Below are positions 20,333 to 30,686 of a stretch of DNA of 64,000 nucleotides, piece after piece. The position numbers and the translations under genes were made by a program. The stretch lies in contig CAYOTA010000005.1 in assembly GCA_964406795.1 (NCBI GenBank), positions 14,235 through 78,234 on the forward strand. Direction: 5' to 3'. Each line of letters begins with the position of its first letter. The stretch's first letter is position 1. Under the pieces are notes generated by a model that saw only the letters and a program-made list of their open reading frames with translations, was not told the DNA's origin and searched no databases. This stretch comes from an uncultured Gammaproteobacteria bacterium (GTDB lineage: Bacteria; Patescibacteriota; Microgenomatia; Levybacterales; GWA1-39-11).

Positions 20333-20437
20333 GGTAGCTGGTACGTATCTGAATAATACTGCAGAAAAATCTCCTTGTCAAACACTCGTTATATAATAAA
20401 GTAGGAAGATGACTGGACGCTTGCTTGACAAGCCTAT

Positions 20438-22186
20438 TTGTTTCTTGCAATACTTGAATATACCTACCCTATGAAACGAATTAAGCGTGTTTCTTTTATT
20501 GCATTATTTTTATTACTGGTCATAACATTGAGTCCCTCAGCGGCCCAAGCACCACAAGAAAACGCACTTGTAAAACCCGCTACATCTACAACTCCCTCCA
20601 CCCCTTCGAATGCTTCAAACACAGAGCTTTTATACGGCAATGTAAATTCTGATGTGCCCCGAAATCTTGGCACGTTAAGTCAAAATGTTTTTATCCAAGT
20701 TTTGGGCAGCACCACCTGCCTTCTCTCAGGTAAAAATCCGCTGGACCCATCTGGAAAATGTCTTGGATTTGACTCATCTACTGGAAAACTTGGGTATGCC
20801 ACTGACTCTTCCACAAATGCAGCAACTGTTATGGGAGGTCTTATTGGAGGCACATTTTCTATTCCTATTTCTGGTGGAGGATATACCACATACATGGCAC
20901 AGAATTTTGGTGTAGGGCAAAAAGCATATGCTCAGGAAAACCCTCTAACCTATGACGCCGAAGGTCTAGGTTATGACAGACTCCAACCTTTGATTGATAT
21001 TTGGACTCGCTTCAGAGACATAGCGTACCTATTCTTTGTACTCGCCTTTACGGTTATAGGTTTGGCAATTATGTTCAGAGTCAAAATTGATGCCAGAACC
21101 GTTATGTCTATTCAAAATCAAATACCAAAAGTGGTAATAGCACTCATCATGGTCACGTTTTCGTATGCTATAGCAGGATTTTTAATAGATCTTATGTATG
21201 TGTTAATGTTTTTAATAATTTTAGCATTTGATAACATAACGCCTTCCAATATTAATCCTGATTCAAATATTTTCAGTACAGTTAACAAAGCATTTAGTCC
21301 AGGCTATAATGTCCCGGGAATAATTGGCCTCACCAGCACTATTTCTTACGGTATCAGTAAGGCTATGGGAGTTCTTGCAATAGATTTTCTTAACTCCACC
21401 ATCTCATCATTCTTTGAAATATTTTTTGGACCATTAAGTGCTCTAAATCTAGGTTGTCAGGCAGCAAAACTTGGCTTAAGTGGGGGGATTAGTGCAATTG
21501 GATACATTCCATGGGGGGTGGGAGAAAAGTTCCAAAGCATTCCTGGCGTTGGATTCCTTTTTGGGTCTCAAGGCTGTGACTTTGTGGAGTCATTTTTCAA
21601 AGGAGTTGTAATTGGCCTCTTTACCGTAGTAGCCTTTATTGTGGTGCTGGTTGCAATCCTCGTATCTTTATTTAGAGTATGGTTTACACTCATCAAATCA
21701 TTTGCGTATGTACTAGTTGACACTATTATGGGACCTCTTTGGATTGCATGCGGAGTGTTCCCTGGTTCTAAACTTAACTTTTCTTCATGGATTAAGCATC
21801 TTGCCGGACACTTATCAGTATTCCCTATGACATTTGGAGTTATTCTACTCGGAAAAACCATTATTGATAGTCTGTCAGGCGGAGCTCCCTTGTTCTCTCC
21901 TCCACTTGTTGGAGACGCAATTGGCGGCAACACAACCGTAGCCTCATTCATAGGATTTGGGTTTATATTATCCACCCCCAGTATTTTAGACAGAGTCAGA
22001 AAAGCAATTGGAGCTATGGACTTTGGATTAACAGATATTAAGAGAGGATTTAATGCAGGACGAGCTATGGGAGCAGTTGGAACAAATACAGCATTTGGAA
22101 ACTACACTCATGTAGGAAAAGATGGAAAGCTTGAGCCGATGCAGGCTCCGAAAAGATTTCTTCATGCTATTGGTATCGTCAAATAA
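20438..22186 (+). CDS. Polytopic membrane protein with N-terminal Ser/Thr-rich ectodomain; possibly VirB6/TrbL-like
   Basis: Signal/TM, then a roughly 150-aa low-complexity region, then at least 6 TM helices. The topology resembles T4SS VirB6-like channel proteins. No motif-level proof. Confidence 0.3.
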   Translation: MFLAILEYTYPMKRIKRVSFIALFLLLVITLSPSAAQAPQENALVKPATSTTPSTPSNASNTELLYGNVNSDVPRNLGTLSQNVFIQVLGSTTCLLSGKNPLDPSGKCLGFDSSTGKLGYATDSSTNAATVMGGLIGGTFSIPISGGGYTTYMAQNFGVGQKAYAQENPLTYDAEGLGYDRLQPLIDIWTRFRDIAYLFFVLAFTVIGLAIMFRVKIDARTVMSIQNQIPKVVIALIMVTFSYAIAGFLIDLMYVLMFLIILAFDNITPSNINPDSNIFSTVNKAFSPGYNVPGIIGLTSTISYGISKAMGVLAIDFLNSTISSFFEIFFGPLSALNLGCQAAKLGLSGGISAIGYIPWGVGEKFQSIPGVGFLFGSQGCDFVESFFKGVVIGLFTVVAFIVVLVAILVSLFRVWFTLIKSFAYVLVDTIMGPLWIACGVFPGSKLNFSSWIKHLAGHLSVFPMTFGVILLGKTIIDSLSGGAPLFSPPLVGDAIGGNTTVASFIGFGFILSTPSILDRVRKAIGAMDFGLTDIKRGFNAGRAMGAVGTNTAFGNYTHVGKDGKLEPMQAPKRFLHAIGIVK

Positions 22187-22213
22187 TAGTCTTTGTCTTT
22201 TTGTACGTATGTA

Positions 22214-25200
22214 TTAATGTGTTGCTTCAGAAACCGCTTTTCCGGCGGCGGCTGCAGGGAGCAACAGGAGTAAAAGGATCATATAAATACTGATCGTGGC
22301 TGCTTTATCCCTAAACATAGACCCACCATCTGCTCTAAGCAATTGCTCTAATTGATTATAATATTTGTGTGCATTATGTGGATGTTCCTTACTATTTCTT
22401 CCTGTCAAAAACGCACTGATGTGATCCAGCTTTTGGCGCGCGTCTTCTGCAGTAATGGGTTTTTGCCCATATCCAAACTTTCTCTGAATTTCAGATGAGG
22501 CCATTCTAAATGGAAGATTTCCGATTTGCAATAAATCTGCCCAGTGATCCTGCAGTGAATAGCGCATAAATGTTCCTGCACTATAACGGAACACGCGGGC
22601 TCCAGCGTCCGGGCCTTCGTATGCTGCCACTTTTTGATGGAATTGTTCAGAGTCCTTAATAACACTCTCAAATCCTTCCTTGGATAATATGCTTACTTTA
22701 AAACCGCTTGCTGCCGCATAATTCATAAAGTCATTTCCGTTGCGCTTGAGAGCGTCTCCACCGGCTTCTCCAGAGTAAATTTGTGACAACTTTTCAAGTC
22801 CTGAGTTCTCTGGTAGATATTCCAGCTGTGACAAAATAGCATCATCCACCAAAAGCGTTCTTTTGTACACATCTTCATACTGCCAGCTATACAACAGCTT
22901 ATTCATGACATCGTTGCTTGAAACAAATCTATCTAATTTTCCAAACGCTTCTACAAGATTTGTTGTTGCTGCTGGATCATTTAGCGCTTTATTAATAGTG
23001 TCCCTCTGCTTTGCAAATTCAGGCTTATTTAAATCCCGAATATCCAGGGGTTGGCCAGAGCCATTTAACATGGCATCTTCACGAATTGCATGAATAACTG
23101 CACCATATTTTATCTTAAATTTATCGTAATCTCCTCCTGCACCGCTAAATACTCCGTTTAGTTCGCGGAGCGTTCGTGCGTCTTGTGTATTCTGTGGGTC
23201 TAGACGTTCGCGCATAACACGCATCATCTCCTCAGGTTTAAACTTTTGAATTCTCTTCCAAACCTTATCCCTGCCATCTTTTTCTTTTTTCCCTCCTAAA
23301 AAGTCTGCACCTAACACTTCTGTTGATGCATCTGTACTCTTAAGACGCAGGAAAAGTCCTAGATTACTTGATACGTCTTTTGCTTTCTTCTTTATATCTG
23401 CACTATCCAGATTGTGGTCGCTAATATACTTGTTTCTCTCGGTTAGCGTCATTCCAAGCGGGGACTCAAGGTCTTCCCTGTCTAGGTGCATTTTCCCTTG
23501 TGTAAAGTCCCGCGTAATGTCCATCTTGGCTGCCGCTTCTATATCCTGCTGACTGCTTGTGGGCATATCAATTCTTTTGGCACCCAGTGACACTTTCCAT
23601 TTAGTTGAACGCTTATATGCCTCTATGTATCGCTCATACTTAGCACGCATCTGTTCTTCCCCCTGACCACTTATAAGTCCTTTGACAATTTCTTCGTTTT
23701 GAATTTTATATTTTGTAACGTCTTCTATTTGCCTGAGTATTCCTTTAATTCTCCACCCTGATGAAAAAAAGTCAGGAGCCGCGTCCATATCCCGCCACAT
23801 ACGTCTTCCGCGCTCCATTAACTGCTTCTTAGTTAATGTTTTTGTGGACTCTCCACTTTTTGCATTGAATTCTTCGTTTTCGGCCAAATCCATTTGCTGA
23901 TATGCAAATAGATCCTCCTGTTCTTCGTTTAAGATGTTAAATTTATCTACTAAAAATGCCCGGGCATTAAAGAATCCAAAAGCACCTACCACGTCAGATG
24001 AAAATGCGTCAAGCTTAGTTTTCAGGTCTTTTCCACGGGCACTACGTAGCGCAACCTGCTGGGATGATACTGCAATATCATATCCGGTTCTGATAGCGCG
24101 CCGTATCTCAGCCTTTAGGAAGGAGTCAGCAATTCCTGCAATATCCCCGTCGCCTCCCATTTTATCTATCTGGTCTTGGGCACGCACCCTGGCTCTCACA
24201 TATTCATCTTTATATATACCTATACCTCTTTTTGCAAAATCCAACTGCTCTTCTTCAATTGATGCTTGCAGTTTTTTCATCATAATGGGTGTTATGTGCT
24301 GCTCCACACCACCGTGAGCCATGCGGACTGTTTCCATGTAGTCCAAAATACGGTTAAACATGGTGCCCACCTTATTGTCATCAAATGACAAAGACCCCAA
24401 GAGCCCCTCAGTTCTCAACCGTCCATAAGCACCTACCACATTTTCCATGTTCTTCTGGTCTATGTTAGTTCTGGTAATAAGTAGGCTAATACGATTTGAT
24501 TGCATTTTATTAAACATATCTATAAACTTTTCATACTTTTCCCGACTTTCCAAATTTCCTGCCTGAAATTCTTTCTCAAACCGTCTACTTAAAAACTGAG
24601 CTGCTTCTCCTACAAGTGACTGCAGCTGCTGGATCATTGGTGACTCCAGCTCTTGACCTGACATGGCAATACCATATACCTGATCAAATTTCCCGTCTAA
24701 CCATCCCAGTGGATCAACCATTAACTCTACCTTATCATCATCCTGTAAATACATACCAATACGCTCATTTTTGACACTCATTTTTTGAAATTCAGTGTTT
24801 GCCCGTGCCTCAAGCATATGCTTTTGCTTCATATACTCAGGGTCTGCAGGATTATCCGGAAGTTCTTGGATTTCATAAATCTTTCCAATCAGTCCCTGCG
24901 TCAATTCCCGCATGTTTTTTGAGTCATTTAATGCGTTTATCTCCTCTACAAACCTTGCAAGATTTGGGTGGGTAATAACGCCAGGATTTATATATATTTC
25001 CTGTTCTGCTTCATAGTTTCTGCGTCTTCTGGGTGACTCTCCACCTTCTGGACCTTCTACTGGCGGATCCCCCACATTTACTTCATTAAATGCATCATAT
25101 TTATAAGGAGATGCAGACATAGCCTGCCCTCTCTCTCCCATTACGTCACGCAACGCTCGCTGAGCTTCTGCCTCATCCTGAGTTGTTTGATTAGTTAATC

Positions 25201-25603
25201 GCTCAAGGATAAGCCGTGCCACATCCGTTTGTTCCCCGGTGCCTCCTGCGACTATGGACTTAATCATGCTCTCAAGAGATTGTCCCTCCCTATATGATTG
25301 AGCAGCACCTTCATGTGGGGTACCTTCCCGCTTTGGCGCTACAGTACCACCTTCCAAAGAGGGAGCCTGGGTGGCTCTGCTGCGTGCCTGCATTTCTTCC
25401 AAGCTGGTAGGCACAGTAATACCTCTTTTTTGGATAAGATCTTGAGAGTTTCGGACTCTGTCTTCCCGTAGTCTTTGTGCTCTATCTTCTGGTGGTTTTT
25501 GATCCATAGCAAATAACACCCTCTCAAAAGGACGTGTCCTATCCAGTGTAGAATACGCTGCTTTGCGTGTCAATTCAGGGCTTGGCATATAGTGTTCTTT
25601 CAT
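22214..25603 (-). CDS. Large (1129 aa) charged hypothetical protein with C-terminal TM anchor
   Basis: Long uninterrupted ORF. The C-terminus is ISIYMILLLLLLPAAAAGKAV. Confidence 0.5.
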   Translation of the reverse strand: MKEHYMPSPELTRKAAYSTLDRTRPFERVLFAMDQKPPEDRAQRLREDRVRNSQDLIQKRGITVPTSLEEMQARSRATQAPSLEGGTVAPKREGTPHEGAAQSYREGQSLESMIKSIVAGGTGEQTDVARLILERLTNQTTQDEAEAQRALRDVMGERGQAMSASPYKYDAFNEVNVGDPPVEGPEGGESPRRRRNYEAEQEIYINPGVITHPNLARFVEEINALNDSKNMRELTQGLIGKIYEIQELPDNPADPEYMKQKHMLEARANTEFQKMSVKNERIGMYLQDDDKVELMVDPLGWLDGKFDQVYGIAMSGQELESPMIQQLQSLVGEAAQFLSRRFEKEFQAGNLESREKYEKFIDMFNKMQSNRISLLITRTNIDQKNMENVVGAYGRLRTEGLLGSLSFDDNKVGTMFNRILDYMETVRMAHGGVEQHITPIMMKKLQASIEEEQLDFAKRGIGIYKDEYVRARVRAQDQIDKMGGDGDIAGIADSFLKAEIRRAIRTGYDIAVSSQQVALRSARGKDLKTKLDAFSSDVVGAFGFFNARAFLVDKFNILNEEQEDLFAYQQMDLAENEEFNAKSGESTKTLTKKQLMERGRRMWRDMDAAPDFFSSGWRIKGILRQIEDVTKYKIQNEEIVKGLISGQGEEQMRAKYERYIEAYKRSTKWKVSLGAKRIDMPTSSQQDIEAAAKMDITRDFTQGKMHLDREDLESPLGMTLTERNKYISDHNLDSADIKKKAKDVSSNLGLFLRLKSTDASTEVLGADFLGGKKEKDGRDKVWKRIQKFKPEEMMRVMRERLDPQNTQDARTLRELNGVFSGAGGDYDKFKIKYGAVIHAIREDAMLNGSGQPLDIRDLNKPEFAKQRDTINKALNDPAATTNLVEAFGKLDRFVSSNDVMNKLLYSWQYEDVYKRTLLVDDAILSQLEYLPENSGLEKLSQIYSGEAGGDALKRNGNDFMNYAAASGFKVSILSKEGFESVIKDSEQFHQKVAAYEGPDAGARVFRYSAGTFMRYSLQDHWADLLQIGNLPFRMASSEIQRKFGYGQKPITAEDARQKLDHISAFLTGRNSKEHPHNAHKYYNQLEQLLRADGGSMFRDKAATISIYMILLLLLLPAAAAGKAVSEATH

Positions 25604-25699
25604 AAGTAGCAGTATAAGAAAATCTGAGTGCTCCCCGCTTGATATGAGGCTTACAACAAGGTTACAATTGTATTACAAAGGTAAAATTTAAAGGTCAAA

Positions 25700-26077
25700 A
25701 TGCAAAATTACAACTCAAAAGGTAAAGGTGATCTTAAAGCTAGATGCTATAGATTTAGCCTTGATATTATATCTCTTGTAAGCACGTTACCCCAAAACAG
25801 AAGCTCATGGGTACTAGGAGACCAAGTGCTAAGAAGCGGCACCAGCATTGGCGCAAACCTAACAGAAGCCTCAGCTTCAAGCTCGAGATTAGAATTTAAA
25901 AAATTCCATGAAATAGCCTTGAAAAGCGCAAATGAAACTAAATATTGGCTCTTGCTCCTTCAAGACTCGAAAATTGCAGAAACAAACAGAACTACTCCCC
26001 TCTTACAAGAAGTAACTGAACTTGCTAATATGATTGCAGCAGGTGTTTTAAAATTGAAGCAAAAAATTACTTTTTAA
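25700..26077 (+). CDS. Four-helix-bundle protein (23S rRNA IVS-protein family)
   Basis: CYRFSLDIISLV...GDQVLRSGTSIGANLTEASASSSRLEFKKFHEIALKSANETKYWLLLL matches the four-helix-bundle (TIGR02436-like) pattern. Confidence 0.7.
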   Translation: MQNYNSKGKGDLKARCYRFSLDIISLVSTLPQNRSSWVLGDQVLRSGTSIGANLTEASASSSRLEFKKFHEIALKSANETKYWLLLLQDSKIAETNRTTPLLQEVTELANMIAAGVLKLKQKITF

Positions 26078-26120
26078 TTTTAACCTGTATTTTTGACTTT
26101 TGCATTTTAACTTTTGATTT

Positions 26121-27455
26121 ATGACAGATATATTAGATTTACCCACCCATTTTGAGTCTCTCTACCCTGAAGAAACACATGAGGCTGAGATTAAAAAAAT
26201 CCTGGAATTCGTTAAAAAAGGGAATTCAGCGCAGGTTGTGGGACTTCCTGGCGTGGGACGCTCAAACCTATTGCGCTACTTGTCTTATAACAATAAGGCT
26301 CGCGTAACCCACCTGGGAGATAACTACAAATGGTACCATTTTGTATACCTGGATTTGTCTGAAATTAAGGGAAGAAACCTGGCTGAACTCACCAAGTTTA
26401 TTTTAATAACCCTTTCTTATTCCTTGTCAGAACGCAAAATGGATTCCGAACAAGCCCAAATCCAAACATTTTTAAAAGAAGTAATTACTTTTTCAGATGA
26501 ATTGATTTTGTTTCAGGCGCTTAAAAAAGCCATAGATTACCTTTCTTTAGAAAAAGAATTAACCGTCATCTTACTGTTTGATAGATTTGACGCATTTTTA
26601 CCTAACTTAACTTCCGAATTTTTTACCAACTTAAATGTGTTACGTAACAGGGTGAAGTACCGCTTCTCATGTGTACTATCTCTTGAACGTCCCATTGAAG
26701 AGCTACTGGAGCCTGAACTATACAAAGAATTTTATGAGTTCATAGTGGGAAACAATGTCTACATGCCTTTGGGGGATAAAACATCTGACATGTTCAGATT
26801 TTCCTACATAGAAAAGGTGAGCGGAAAAGAAATGAGTAAAAAAGCAAAAGATGAAATATTACAGCTTTCCGGAGGACATGGAAAATTATCCCGCATTTCA
26901 TTTGAAACAATACTTGCAGAGGATACAACACCGAAAAATATACCTGAATTTTTACTCACAAAACAATCGGTTAAAAACTGCCTGTTGGAAATCTGGAATG
27001 CCTTAAATCCTGTGGAGCAAAAACAAATACTTCAGGAAAATTTTAGCGAAGTAACTGCTTCCTCATATTTAGAGCTAACAGGCCTTTTAAAAGATTCTGT
27101 TTTGCAAATTCCGTTACTCAAAGAGTTTATTAAAACACTACCTAAAACTACTCATGAAAAAATTACCTATGATGCCTCTACTAATGAAATTACACAAGGC
27201 ACTGAGTCACTAACAGATAAACTGTCCCCTTCAGAATTTAAATTACTGCGCTATTTAATCCAAAATAAAGATAAAGTCTGCGAAAAAGAGGAAATTATTG
27301 CGGCTGTCTGGTCAGATGCCAAAACCCAGGAAGGCGTAACTGACCAAGCGCTGGATCAAATAATTTACCGGTTAAGACGAAAGATTGAGGAAGATCCAAA
27401 TAACCCATCCCACATCCACACCATTAAAGGGCGAGGATACAGATTGGCGGAATAA
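26121..27455 (+). CDS. Regulator with N-terminal P-loop ATPase domain and C-terminal OmpR/PhoB-type winged-helix DNA-binding domain
   Basis: Walker A GLPGVGRSNLLRYL. C-terminus LSPSEFKLLRYLIQN...ALDQIIYRLRRKIEEDP...IHTIKGRGYRL (trans_reg_C). Confidence 0.6.
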   Translation: MTDILDLPTHFESLYPEETHEAEIKKILEFVKKGNSAQVVGLPGVGRSNLLRYLSYNNKARVTHLGDNYKWYHFVYLDLSEIKGRNLAELTKFILITLSYSLSERKMDSEQAQIQTFLKEVITFSDELILFQALKKAIDYLSLEKELTVILLFDRFDAFLPNLTSEFFTNLNVLRNRVKYRFSCVLSLERPIEELLEPELYKEFYEFIVGNNVYMPLGDKTSDMFRFSYIEKVSGKEMSKKAKDEILQLSGGHGKLSRISFETILAEDTTPKNIPEFLLTKQSVKNCLLEIWNALNPVEQKQILQENFSEVTASSYLELTGLLKDSVLQIPLLKEFIKTLPKTTHEKITYDASTNEITQGTESLTDKLSPSEFKLLRYLIQNKDKVCEKEEIIAAVWSDAKTQEGVTDQALDQIIYRLRRKIEEDPNNPSHIHTIKGRGYRLAE

Positions 27456-27510
27456 ATACAGACAATTACTTGACTTCCTTTGTAGTCCTCTCTACCATGA
27501 ATATATACCC

Positions 27511-29313
27511 ATGGCAAAACGCACACGAAAACCATTTAAACTTATTCCTATACTTTTGACGGCTATTATAGTAACCATAGCAGTTGGAGCAATTGTAAAA
27601 CTTGCACCGCTACTTCTGCAGCAGACTCCTTCCCAACAAACTGTTGCCGCAAGTGGACCATTTAAAGATAATTCAGACAATCCGGCACTAGCACGACAAT
27701 GTCCGGTTGTAAGAAAATATCAAGAAGCTTGGCTAACCGGACCTATAACTACTAATTCTAAAATTTCTTGCTACGACACATGCAGTTTAGATTTCATAAA
27801 CAGAGCTAACAGCGCCTACAGTCATCCGCAGACAGAGGACAGCACGAGAAAAAGAATTGACAACTGGCTTTCAGGGGTAGATGAACGTGAGGGTGAGGGT
27901 GGAAAAGTGTATGAAACTATGGCAGCATGTTTTAATGATACTCCTGACCCCTCAACAGGCCCAATAAGTGAGGGCGCAGGTGGAACACTTGATTATCCCA
28001 CTTTTACACTCTTACTCTCCAATAAGCCGGCCGAAAGTAATGATGGGAAATTAGACGCTCAGGTTAGATATGTAACGCTTATATATCCCAATCCGCCTCC
28101 AACAAGTGCTGGCGACAACAAGTACTACTACTGTCTTAAATCAAACCCTCAGGATTGCGATGATGATGATTTAAAAGATGCAACTTATGACAGCAGTAAA
28201 AATCTGATTAAAATAAATAAACTGTGTGGAAATGGGAATAATAAACTCAAAGCCAACGATGATTGTAAGGATGACGGCACTGACTATTTCCATCCTGAAA
28301 GGATATACCGTGTTACATTCTATGAAAAGAAGAAAGCTGACTCTGCTGAAGTTGCCTCAGCATCATTCTATGTGTCTCGCTTCTACCCCAATATTATTCA
28401 ACCAAAAGAAGAGGCAGAACCTCGACTTAATATAAACCAAATCAAAGGAACAAAAGCGGCAGCTCAACAGTATTATGATCTTAAAGTTACGCTTGACGGA
28501 CGAAATACATGGGCAGATAGATCAGTTGCCAACGGTGACCAATATAATGACTATTGGCTGGTAGTTGAAGGTTTTGACAACGACTATCAAAGTGAAAGCA
28601 AGTGTCTGTATGTGGGCGGTTCCGGTCAGGGAACCGCAACCATTCGGCTGTCAGTGAAACCTGAAGGAAGCGTTGATGAGTTGACTGCAGGGAAATATCT
28701 GCTGAAAATTAAAGATGCAATAAATGGAAAACTTCTTACGAGCGACAATCCCCAGTGCCAGGAAAACGATTTTACGTATTGGTTTATACCATTTACCATA
28801 GCTGCTGGGGATAAGTCAGGGACAGTTTCGGCATACATAAAAGACCCGTATGGCAAAGAGATAGGTTACCAGGGCGCGCAATCTGCACCCGCCCCCATAT
28901 GTCCTACCGGTTTTAAAAACTCGGATGGAAACTGTACTAGGATTAGTACAGCTCTTGGAACTATTAGAACTGAACCTATATTCTTTATACGGGATTTATT
29001 TAGACTAGTTTTGGGAATCGGGGGAATTGCAGCAGTAGTCTTCTTTATTCAGGCGGGATATACAGTTATGACATCTGCCGGAAATAAAGAAAAGGTAGGC
29101 CAAGCACGCGAGCAAATAACAGCAGCCGTTATGGGACTTATCTTTATTATTTTGTCAGTGACCATTTTGGAATTTATTGGGGTAAATATCTTGCAGCTGC
29201 CAGGCTTTGGGCCATCAGCTCCTGAGTCGCCTGCTGCAGCCCCCACTATACCGCCGGGAGGAATTGAAAATGATCCTGATTTAAGATCTCAAGATCCTAT
29301 TCTTAATCCATAA
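27511..29313 (+). CDS. Cys-rich secreted protein fused to a C-terminal T4SS-pilin-like (TrbC/VirB2-like) membrane domain
   Basis: Start trimmed to MAKRTRKPF (TM anchor). About 450-aa ectodomain with many Cys. The C-terminus GIGGIAAVVFFIQAGYTVMTSAGNKEKVGQAREQITAAVMGLIFIILSV shares the two-helix motif with the three downstream paralogs. Confidence 0.55.
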   Translation: MAKRTRKPFKLIPILLTAIIVTIAVGAIVKLAPLLLQQTPSQQTVAASGPFKDNSDNPALARQCPVVRKYQEAWLTGPITTNSKISCYDTCSLDFINRANSAYSHPQTEDSTRKRIDNWLSGVDEREGEGGKVYETMAACFNDTPDPSTGPISEGAGGTLDYPTFTLLLSNKPAESNDGKLDAQVRYVTLIYPNPPPTSAGDNKYYYCLKSNPQDCDDDDLKDATYDSSKNLIKINKLCGNGNNKLKANDDCKDDGTDYFHPERIYRVTFYEKKKADSAEVASASFYVSRFYPNIIQPKEEAEPRLNINQIKGTKAAAQQYYDLKVTLDGRNTWADRSVANGDQYNDYWLVVEGFDNDYQSESKCLYVGGSGQGTATIRLSVKPEGSVDELTAGKYLLKIKDAINGKLLTSDNPQCQENDFTYWFIPFTIAAGDKSGTVSAYIKDPYGKEIGYQGAQSAPAPICPTGFKNSDGNCTRISTALGTIRTEPIFFIRDLFRLVLGIGGIAAVVFFIQAGYTVMTSAGNKEKVGQAREQITAAVMGLIFIILSVTILEFIGVNILQLPGFGPSAPESPAAAPTIPPGGIENDPDLRSQDPILNP

Positions 29314-29315
29314 CT

Positions 29316-29792
29316 ATGAATACTATAAAAGAGCTAGCATTAATACTTCCCGGATATGGGCAGGTTCAGACACCTCCGGGAATTCCCTCAGGCGCCTCTT
29401 CTCCTCAAACTATTATTCTGGCCTCACTTAACTTGCTTATCATGGCGGTTGTCATAGGTGCTTTGATTTTTATAATCTATGGCGGTATTCTTTGGGCCAC
29501 ATCAGGTGGTGATAAAGCAAAACTTGACAAGGCACGGCGTAGTATTACATTCTCCATAGTAGGGCTGGTTGTGATGATATTAGCCTTTGTGATAGTCCAA
29601 ACTGTAGGTATGCTTTTAGGTGTTTCTGTTCTCTCAGGATTTGGAAAATCCACAGGAGGTAGTAGTAGCCGTCCCGTTAATATAACAAACCCAACCCAAT
29701 GCAGAGCAGGCGGTGGATTTTGTGACCCCCAGTTTTGTACTGCAGGAAATCCTATTGGATCCTGTGGAGCAGGTGTTATATGTTGCAAATAA
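29316..29792 (+). CDS. Pilin-like small membrane protein (TrbC/VirB2-like two-helix motif) with C-terminal beta-defensin-like 6-Cys tail
   Basis: VIGALIFIIYGGILWATSGGDKAKLDKARRSITFSIVGLVVMILAFVIV. Tail CRAGGGFCDPQFCTAGNPIGSCGAGVICCK with spacing C-x6-C-x4-C-x8-C-x5-CC. Confidence 0.55.
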   Translation: MNTIKELALILPGYGQVQTPPGIPSGASSPQTIILASLNLLIMAVVIGALIFIIYGGILWATSGGDKAKLDKARRSITFSIVGLVVMILAFVIVQTVGMLLGVSVLSGFGKSTGGSSSRPVNITNPTQCRAGGGFCDPQFCTAGNPIGSCGAGVICCK

Positions 29793-29852
29793 ATGAACTC
29801 AAATTCGCATATTGACAAACACTTTGAATGTGTGCATTAATGGTTATAGAAC

Positions 29853-30287
29853 ATGAAAAAAGCACTGACCCACATAACAGTTTTAAGCGTACTTCTTCTT
29901 ATTTCAGCAGGTAGCGCATTTGCAGGCAGCCATCCTCCTGTTAATCCTGGTGGTAACGGAACAGTTAATATTGTACCTACAGCTATTGGTCCTGTTGCTA
30001 CAGACGCAAATGGCCTTGTAAGATTTATCATAAATTCATTAATTGTTATCGGAGTTATAGCGTCCCTTATTTTCCTGCTTTGGGGAGGACTCAGATGGAT
30101 TATTTCAGGCGGAGATAAGGGTAAAGTTGACGCCGCAAGAAGTACTATAGTTGCCGCTATCGTAGGACTTGTTGTAGTTATACTCGCCTACGTTATCGTA
30201 AATACTGTACTAACTATTGTGACCGGCTCTGGACTCTCAGGATTCACTCTGCCTACGTTAAGTAACCCTAACAATACAAAGTTCTAG
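29853..30287 (+). CDS. Pilin-like small membrane protein paralog
   Basis: Signal peptide plus VIGVIASLIFLLWGGLRWIISGGDKGKVDAARSTIVAAIVGLVVVILAYVIV. Confidence 0.55.
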   Translation: MKKALTHITVLSVLLLISAGSAFAGSHPPVNPGGNGTVNIVPTAIGPVATDANGLVRFIINSLIVIGVIASLIFLLWGGLRWIISGGDKGKVDAARSTIVAAIVGLVVVILAYVIVNTVLTIVTGSGLSGFTLPTLSNPNNTKF

Positions 30288-30335
30288 ACATTCTTCTCTT
30301 GCATTTTTACCTTTTTCCTTGCATACTTTTACTAT

Positions 30336-30668
30336 ATGAATTTGTTTACAACTGACTGGGGTAAGTGCTTTGACCGCGGGGTCGTAGATGTTAATACCCC
30401 CCCTAAACTCGGCTGCGCATTTATAGTAATCCAAAATATCATTAATGCAGCACTTGTTTTGTCAGCCGTTGTAGCCGTGTTTCTCATAACCTATGCCGCG
30501 TTTCAGTACGTAACGTCAGGCGGGGATAAAGAAAAAGTAGATTCAGCACGTAAGCGAATTACGTTTGCGATAATTGGACTGGTTATTATCTTCATGGCAT
30601 TTGCTGCAATTAACTTCATCTCCACATTTACAGGGGTAAATCCTTCCCAGCTTGGTGTTGGAAGATAA
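30336..30668 (+). CDS. Pilin-like small membrane protein paralog
   Basis: LSAVVAVFLITYAAFQYVTSGGDKEKVDSARKRITFAIIGLVIIFMAFAAI. Confidence 0.55.
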   Translation: MNLFTTDWGKCFDRGVVDVNTPPKLGCAFIVIQNIINAALVLSAVVAVFLITYAAFQYVTSGGDKEKVDSARKRITFAIIGLVIIFMAFAAINFISTFTGVNPSQLGVGR

Positions 30669-30686
30669 TATTTTCACTTATAAAGA

